Shown piece after piece: positions 58,770 through 64,000 of a DNA stretch of 64,000 nt (position 1 is the first letter of the stretch; each line of letters starts with the position of its first letter). Origin of the DNA: Lysobacterales bacterium (GTDB taxonomy: Bacteria; Pseudomonadota; Gammaproteobacteria; Xanthomonadales; SZUA-38); NCBI GenBank assembly GCA_045106555.1, contig JBGCET010000010.1, forward strand, positions 21,773 through 85,772, given 5' to 3'. The notes beneath the pieces were generated by a model. The model was not told the DNA's origin and did not search any database. It worked only from the letters and a program-made list of their open reading frames with translations. A program made the translations under genes and the position numbers.

Positions 58770-60995
58770 TTATTGGCCAGTAATGTCAGCATCGAATTTC
58801 TTCATGCCTTTCATTTGACTGCGGTATTGCTCACTGACGTCCCGCGCTTCAGCCATGTTGGACACCACGGTGGGTTTGATCACGACCAGCAACTCCCGAT
58901 TGGTGACATCACGTTTTTTTCGACCAAACAACGGACCGACAACCGGTAACCTGTGCAGCACCGGCAATCCCGACTGGCTGGCAGTATCGGTAACCCGAAT
59001 GAGCCCGCCCAAAACAATAGAATCGCCGCTTTGCACCGCAATCTCTGTATCCAGCCGAGTTTGGTCCACAGGCACGTTGCCATTGTTCGCCGTCGTTGAT
59101 TCTGCCGCCGGCGTGCTGACTTCCTGGCGAATCTCCATGAACACCAGCCCGCCGGGGTTCACCCGGGGAACCACGTTCATGGTGACACCCGTATCCCTGA
59201 ACTGAACACGAGTTGTCGCCAGATCATTTCCGGCGCCGGTATTGAAAACGGGTGAGTTGACCGGAATCTGGGTGCCCACGGTGATGTTGGCTTCGCGGTT
59301 ATTGAGCACCAGCATGGAGGGTGCCGCCAGCGCGCTGACGTTGGTTTCCGTCTCTAAAATGTCGATCATGGCGCTGACGTCCAAACCGGTGATGCTGTAG
59401 TTAAACCCCGAACCGCTTAAGCTTCCCGCCCGATCCGGACTGGCAGAACCACCTGAATCGAAGATCCCCTTTGGGTCGGTGTTATCAACCGCTGGAGGAT
59501 TGGTCACGCTGTTTTCAAAAAACCACTGCACACCGTATTCCAGGCCATCGGTGAGCTGCACCTCGTAGACTTTCACCTCCACCAGCACCTGCAGGGGTTC
59601 GGTGTCCAGCTTCTTGATTGCGCTTAGCACCGCCTCGTACTGCCCAGGCGTTGCACGGACCAACAGAGAATTTTGCTCCTCCACTGCCGTAATACGAATA
59701 TCGTCCCCTTCAACCAGCGCCACGCCGCCATCCCGACCGCTGTTGGCAGCAGGCTGCGACGCGCCACTGCGTTGACTGTCCCTGCGATCGCGACGGGGGT
59801 CGTTAATGGAGGAAATTTCGCCGGTTTGCAGACCCGGAGCAAAGGGATCGTCCGTGCCTCGGCGCCCCTGGGACGACGAGGAGGAAGATCCGCCACCAAA
59901 CACATCATTCAGGGTATCGGACAGATCCGTTGCTTTGACGTTTTTCACTTTGTACACATACAACCGGGTGCCCGCCCCCTCAGCACCGCCGCGATCCAGT
60001 CGGTCTATCCACTCAGAGGCGGTTTCCAGATACTTCACCTGAGGGGTAATCACAACGATGGCGTTCAATCGCTCCACCGCGAGAAATCGAAACATTCCCG
60101 CCAGCGGCGTGCCGGCGCCTTCGCCAAACACACTTTCCAGCTCTGTGACAACGGTGGCCGCTTCCACTCGCTGGATGGTGTAGATACCCACCGACATGCC
60201 GGCAAGCCAGTCCACATCAAAAATATCGATGGTTTGCTGATAATTGGCAAGTTCCTGGCGGGTGCCGGCAAGCACCAGCAAGCCGCGAGGATTATCCACG
60301 GCGACAAACGCCGGGTCCCGTGCATAGGGCGCAAGCAGCTTTTGCATTTCCACTGGCGCGATGTACTCGAGCGGGAAAACCCTGACCTCATAACCCTTCT
60401 GACCGGCGGCAGACGCCGTAGTGGGTACCAACTGTCCTTTGATGACGTTGGCCAGCGGCATGACGTTATAACGACCGTCAAAATAGGCCAGTGCTGCGTT
60501 GTTCCAGCTGAGCAACATCTCCAGCACCGCCAACGCCTGCTCTTGTCGGATAGGCTTGGCGGTGGAGAACGTGACCGTACCGCTCACACCCGGAGCAATC
60601 ACGTAGTTTTCGGCCAGCAGGTCACCCAGGATAGCCTTCACCACTTCCTGCAACGGCTGACCTTCAAAATTGAAGACAACCTCGCCTTCCTCGTCGGACT
60701 CGCTGGGACGACGGGCGGCCGCTTTCTTGTCAAAAAATTCTCCGGTGCCGTGGAACAATTGAGGACCCGAAGCGCTGGCACCCTCTCCTTCATCGCCTGC
60801 CCCGGATTCCGGCGCAGCGGCACTTTCTCTCAGGTCAGTTTCAGCAGCGCTTACCTCAGCCTCCGTCATGACCGAGCGTGTCTGCTCCTGGATTTTGGTG
60901 TCCTGGGCGGCGCAGCCAGCTAGCAGCGTAAGCGCTGCCAACATTGGCGTCAGGGGCGAAAAAATGCGGGTGGCGTGATTATTCATCGTCTTCAT
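58770..60995 (-). CDS. gspD: type II secretion system secretin (GspD family) with its own lipobox
   Basis: The ATG at 60995 gives MKTMNNHATRIFSPLTPMLAALTLLAG|C. An ~85-aa acidic or disordered linker, then the N0 domain (VVFNFEGQPLQEVVKAILGDLL), N1-N3 repeats, a GGGSSSSSSQGRRG linker, and a C-terminal secretin domain (VLNNREA, GGLIR, PVLHRLPVVGPLFG). Confidence 0.9.
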   Translation of the reverse strand: MKTMNNHATRIFSPLTPMLAALTLLAGCAAQDTKIQEQTRSVMTEAEVSAAETDLRESAAAPESGAGDEGEGASASGPQLFHGTGEFFDKKAAARRPSESDEEGEVVFNFEGQPLQEVVKAILGDLLAENYVIAPGVSGTVTFSTAKPIRQEQALAVLEMLLSWNNAALAYFDGRYNVMPLANVIKGQLVPTTASAAGQKGYEVRVFPLEYIAPVEMQKLLAPYARDPAFVAVDNPRGLLVLAGTRQELANYQQTIDIFDVDWLAGMSVGIYTIQRVEAATVVTELESVFGEGAGTPLAGMFRFLAVERLNAIVVITPQVKYLETASEWIDRLDRGGAEGAGTRLYVYKVKNVKATDLSDTLNDVFGGGSSSSSSQGRRGTDDPFAPGLQTGEISSINDPRRDRRDSQRSGASQPAANSGRDGGVALVEGDDIRITAVEEQNSLLVRATPGQYEAVLSAIKKLDTEPLQVLVEVKVYEVQLTDGLEYGVQWFFENSVTNPPAVDNTDPKGIFDSGGSASPDRAGSLSGSGFNYSITGLDVSAMIDILETETNVSALAAPSMLVLNNREANITVGTQIPVNSPVFNTGAGNDLATTRVQFRDTGVTMNVVPRVNPGGLVFMEIRQEVSTPAAESTTANNGNVPVDQTRLDTEIAVQSGDSIVLGGLIRVTDTASQSGLPVLHRLPVVGPLFGRKKRDVTNRELLVVIKPTVVSNMAEARDVSEQYRSQMKGMKKFDADITGQ

Positions 60996-61722
60996 CCAAA
61001 TTGGCCTCGGCGCGACGCCGTTCGGCTTCTTCCCTGAGTTGTGCCCGTCGTTCGGCGACCCGGCGACGAATCTCTTCGGCCCGTGCAGCGCGATCTGAAT
61101 CGGTATCTGCGGCAGCGGGTGTGGTAGTTTCACCAGACTCGTCTTCCTTCTTCTTATTTTGCGTCACCACATTACGCCGAGGCGGCGGTGGCGCGCCCCC
61201 TTTCAGCGCTTGGGTAAACGTTTCCAGCTTGACCTCAGCAGTCCCCTGGGTACCGCCGTTGAACACCAGCCGTCGGGGCTCGATGTCGGTTAAGGTCCAG
61301 TTGGCCTGCTCCCCGTCCAGTGCCATCCCCACTTTCAATCGCAGCGACTCTTTGCTGACGTTATTTCTTACCATGGCCAACTGGGTTGTGGGAGTGATGA
61401 TGATGCCGGTCACCGCAACATTCAGTTCTGCAGTCGGCACCAAATCTTCGGGCGGCTTATCCACATCCACTTCATCATCGATGACCCGGGGCCGACGATC
61501 GTCGTTGAACAGCGGACGCTGAATAACTTCCGCGTACGATTCATAGGCTGGCAGCTGAAACTCCTCACTTTCGCCTCCCGCGGCCGCAGCCGGCGTGGCG
61601 GCGATCAGCGCCGGCGCCGGTCGAATCCCCTGGCCTAATCCCATCCACAGACTAACCATGCCTGCACCCAACAGGGCGCACACAGCAAGCAAGACAAGGA
61701 AAATGGCGTTGGCGGGTTTCAT
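60979..61722 (-). CDS. GspC/GspN-like (PilP-fold) inner-membrane T2SS protein with a charged helical tail
   Basis: N-terminal TM AIFLVLLAVCALLGAGMV, an RPLF motif, an HR-like beta domain (VTGIIITPTTQLAMV...LKVGMALDG..WTLTDIEPRRLVF), a PPPP stretch, then the tail RAARAEEIRRRVAERRAQLREEAERRRAEANLDEDDE. It lies between gspM and gspD, as XpsN does in Xanthomonas. Confidence 0.6.
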   Translation of the reverse strand: MKPANAIFLVLLAVCALLGAGMVSLWMGLGQGIRPAPALIAATPAAAAGGESEEFQLPAYESYAEVIQRPLFNDDRRPRVIDDEVDVDKPPEDLVPTAELNVAVTGIIITPTTQLAMVRNNVSKESLRLKVGMALDGEQANWTLTDIEPRRLVFNGGTQGTAEVKLETFTQALKGGAPPPPRRNVVTQNKKKEDESGETTTPAAADTDSDRAARAEEIRRRVAERRAQLREEAERRRAEANLDEDDE

Positions 61723-61723
61723 G

Positions 61724-62338
61724 TCAGGATCTCAAGTAGCCGGAGAGGTCGAATCGCACATCCAGAATCTGCTGTTGAACGGTCTCGCGACCCTGGCGGC
61801 GGCGGGTAATCTGGCGGTAAATGCTCACGTTGTCCAGAAAAACGTAAGGCGTACCGTTTTCCAGGTGGTAAATAATGTTGCTCAGGTCCTCCACCTCACA
61901 GCGCAGACGCACCTTGTTAGTGACCCGTTCGAACCGCTCCTCTTCCCGCACCCGCATATTTTGGTTGGAGATGACCTGGCACTCTTTCTCACTGCCGTGG
62001 GTACGAATCATCTCCTTTAACCGGTTGGTCAACTCGGCGGACCCCAGGCTGGTGTTCTGCGCCTGCAAGAAGAAGTCGGCCTCGTTTTGCAGCTCGCGCA
62101 CCTGGCTCAGCTCCCGCTGCAGGACCGGGCCCTGGTCGAGCAAGCCTTGGAAACGCGCCTGGGACGATTGCAGCTGTTCAATCTGGCCGTTCAGCTCACC
62201 TTGGCGATCAAAGTACCAGCGAAAACCCACCCAGTAGATCAGGATCAACGTCACCACCAACAGCATCCAGGCCAACGGCTTTTGACGAGACTCATCCGGC
62301 AGCAGCTGGGCCATTGTCGCCTCCGTTACATTCAACAA
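61724..62338 (-). CDS. gspM: type II secretion system protein M (subtype-b-like)
   Basis: About 200 aa bitopic protein (TM LAWMLLVVTLILIYWVGF), a coiled-coil region, then a ferredoxin-like C-terminal domain. Follows gspL with overlap. The start could be 62314 or 62338. Confidence 0.65.
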   Translation of the reverse strand: MLNVTEATMAQLLPDESRQKPLAWMLLVVTLILIYWVGFRWYFDRQGELNGQIEQLQSSQARFQGLLDQGPVLQRELSQVRELQNEADFFLQAQNTSLGSAELTNRLKEMIRTHGSEKECQVISNQNMRVREEERFERVTNKVRLRCEVEDLSNIIYHLENGTPYVFLDNVSIYRQITRRRQGRETVQQQILDVRFDLSGYLRS

Positions 62339-63443
62339 ATACTTCGATGGTGAAACGCTCTTTGCCCGACTTGGCGTCCGGCGTAAACGCGCCTTTGGGT
62401 GCCGGCTCTTTCAAACACGGGTCTTCTCCCAGCAAGCTGATCAGCGCGGAAGCCTCGGTGGCCTGGCCGGTCAGCTGAATCTTGCCCTGAGTAATCTGCA
62501 TGCGCTGAATCCACACGTCATCGGGCATCGACCGAGTAATCGACTGCAGGACATTCATCACCACTGGATTGGTGGCTTTTCGCTCACCCAGGAAAGACGC
62601 CGCTTCCCTGGCCTCAGACAGTTCCGAGCGAAGCTCAGCCACCGCCTGGGCTTCCACCCGGGCCTCGTTCGTGCGCGCCTGAAAAGACTCAATGGATCGT
62701 TGTTTGGTCACCAGGGACTGCCACATCAGACCGTACAGCAGGGCAATCATCAGCGCCGCCAAGCCCAAATTGATTTTCAGCTGACGACGATCCACCTGGG
62801 CTCGATGCTCCCGGGGCAACAGGTTGACGCCCATCAGTGCGAGCCCGTCATCGTCAGTTGTTTCAAGCGCTACATCCACCGCGTGTAACGCAACTCCGCG
62901 CTCTGCCAGACCTTTCTGCGTTCGCTCCAGCGTCGCCCGAGGTACCGCAACTAACTCCACCCGCAGCTGTGCGCCCTGACGCTGTACTATCCGATAATCG
63001 AAATACACCTGATCGGCTGAGAACGGCGTATTTTTGTCCATCTCATAGGCCAACACCTGACGCAGGTTTTCCTCCGCGGCTGCGGGGACATTAATCTGAT
63101 GGACCAGCACCTCTGCCTCATTAACTAGGTAGCAGGCCTGGGGAGACTCGCCGTCAAAATCGGCCTCCGCGGCTTGCACTGCCTGGCGGGCTACGTCGAA
63201 ATCATCCTCCAGCCGGAACCGACCAAGCTCACGAGGCTGACTTGCGTCTGCCGACCCTTCACGCCACAACACCACTTCGTCTTCCACCAGTTTGGTCAGC
63301 AGACGGCTGGATCGGGTGTCGAAAAAGCTGCGCAAACGCGGCGGTAAACTGGCGATCAGTTGCGCCCTCCACCAGTTCAGGAAAGCACCAAGCTGGCGAA
63401 ACCAGGGTTGACTGCGCAGATTGTGAATGATTTTTCCCAGCAT
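62292..63443 (-). CDS. gspL: GspL-like protein built as a PilM-like cytoplasmic domain plus a PilN-like segment
   Basis: 383 aa. The central GVNLLPRE motif (PilN INLLP signature) lies immediately before the TM INLGLAALMIALLYGLMW, followed by a periplasmic coiled coil and ferredoxin-like domain. Positioned between gspK and gspM. Confidence 0.65.
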   Translation of the reverse strand: MLGKIIHNLRSQPWFRQLGAFLNWWRAQLIASLPPRLRSFFDTRSSRLLTKLVEDEVVLWREGSADASQPRELGRFRLEDDFDVARQAVQAAEADFDGESPQACYLVNEAEVLVHQINVPAAAEENLRQVLAYEMDKNTPFSADQVYFDYRIVQRQGAQLRVELVAVPRATLERTQKGLAERGVALHAVDVALETTDDDGLALMGVNLLPREHRAQVDRRQLKINLGLAALMIALLYGLMWQSLVTKQRSIESFQARTNEARVEAQAVAELRSELSEAREAASFLGERKATNPVVMNVLQSITRSMPDDVWIQRMQITQGKIQLTGQATEASALISLLGEDPCLKEPAPKGAFTPDAKSGKERFTIEVFVECNGGDNGPAAAG

Positions 63444-63452
63444 TGATGCTGC

Positions 63453-64000
63453 CTATGAATCCTTCCAGCGTACAATTCGAAACGGCCTGCCCTGCACGGC
63501 GCCACCGGGGCGAACAGTCGCCTCAAGTTCAGCCCAGGCGTCATTTTCCAAGGTGGCTTTTACCCGAATACTGTAGGTATAGCTACCGGCTCGTGCCATC
63601 GCCTCGGTGCCATCGGGCAGTACCGGCAGTGGGACCCCAAATTCTTCGATCTGTTCCCGCTGATCGATAAAATCCGTCGCCAGCTCCTCAGTCATACCCT
63701 CTATGGTCATCAGCACTTCCCGCGGCGCGAAGGCTGGATCAGGACGCGCGCGACCGGTAAAGACCGTAATGGCCGGCTCTAGCTTGAGGTAGAGCTCGTA
63801 ACTAAACCCCATCACTTGCTGTAGCTCTGTCACGCTGGAAAACGGCCCGTCTTTAGCGCCATAGGGGTAATCGGCCGCCTCATAGTCGTCATCTTCAGCC
63901 CCATTGAGCCGCACCAGGTCGTCTGGGTCACGCCAGTCCAGCACCGCATCAACCAACAACTCAGATTCGTCGACTTCCAGTCCGGCAGACTCGAAAAGCG
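63453..64000 (-). CDS. gspK: type II secretion minor pseudopilin GspK, 5' part beyond the window
   Basis: DWRDPDDLVRLNGAEDDDYEAADYPYGAKDGPFSSVTELQQVMG is the GspK signature region. The reading frame stays open to the window edge at 64000. Confidence 0.8.
   Translation of the reverse strand, partial: LFESAGLEVDESELLVDAVLDWRDPDDLVRLNGAEDDDYEAADYPYGAKDGPFSSVTELQQVMGFSYELYLKLEPAITVFTGRARPDPAFAPREVLMTIEGMTEELATDFIDQREQIEEFGVPLPVLPDGTEAMARAGSYTYSIRVKATLENDAWAELEATVRPGGAVQGRPFRIVRWKDS

Noticed and set aside
59673-60923. 416-aa plus-strand ORF antisense to the secretin gene. Similar long antisense or shadow ORFs occur at 45751-46560, 45007-45747, 37270-38067, 10722-11312, 20846-21421, 25350-26033 and 40076-40768.
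   Set aside because: Each lies entirely inside a gene with strong family motifs on the opposite strand. Their translations are low-complexity and R/G/P/H-rich with no motifs, which is typical of high-GC shadow frames.
1-64000. Signs of horizontal transfer or mobile elements: integrase, transposase, tRNA-linked islands, flanking direct repeats.
   Set aside because: I found no recombinase-like ORF, tRNA gene or island-flanking repeat. The only compositional departures are the AT-rich spacer at about 8.0-8.3 kb and the lower-GC exoprotein genes at 55.3-58.2 kb. Without tools these do not establish an island.

Overview
This 64 kb window is mostly core chromosome from a Gammaproteobacterium of roughly 55-60% GC, with Pseudomonas-like synteny (taxonomic placement is inference). 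I found no rRNA, tRNA, CRISPR array, transposase or integrase.

Gene content, left to right:
- Type IV pilus block: two tandem pilin paralogs, pilB, pilC, pilD and a TfpX/TfpZ-like accessory gene.
- coaE and an RhlE-type DEAD-box helicase.
- A small accessory-looking island (8.0-11.8 kb): an orphan cobalamin-binding-domain protein, a secreted DNRLRE-like protein and a coiled-coil membrane protein.
- secA, an M23 peptidase and a DUF721/DciA-like gene.
- A nearly complete dcw cell-wall/division cluster on the minus strand (mraZ through ftsZ, then lpxC). It conspicuously lacks murD.
- RNase P RNA (rnpB), rsmI, lpoA, yraN (apparent frameshift) and dolP.
- pgpA, thiL, nusB, ribH, ribBA, ribE, ribD, nrdR, glyA and ettA.
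- An ABC-transporter-dependent glycan locus (SDR, GT2, GT-like, methyltransferase, GT2, wzt, wzm), headed by a SurA-like PPIase.
- Two orphan secreted proteins.
- The distal end of an atypical type II secretion cluster: gspK, gspL, gspM, a gspC/N-like gene, a lipidated secretin and a small lipoprotein.

Most unusual signals:
- Two 87-nt hairpins between rnpB and the mraZ promoter have identical 25-nt loops but different, fully compensated long stems.
- murD is absent between mraY and ftsW.
- The T2SS tail combines a liposecretin, a possible pilotin and a neighbouring monocistronic 548-aa exoprotein that looks strongly expressed.
- A periplasmic double-parvulin chaperone is translationally coupled to wzm/wzt.

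All functional calls come from motif recognition in the supplied translations. No database search was run.
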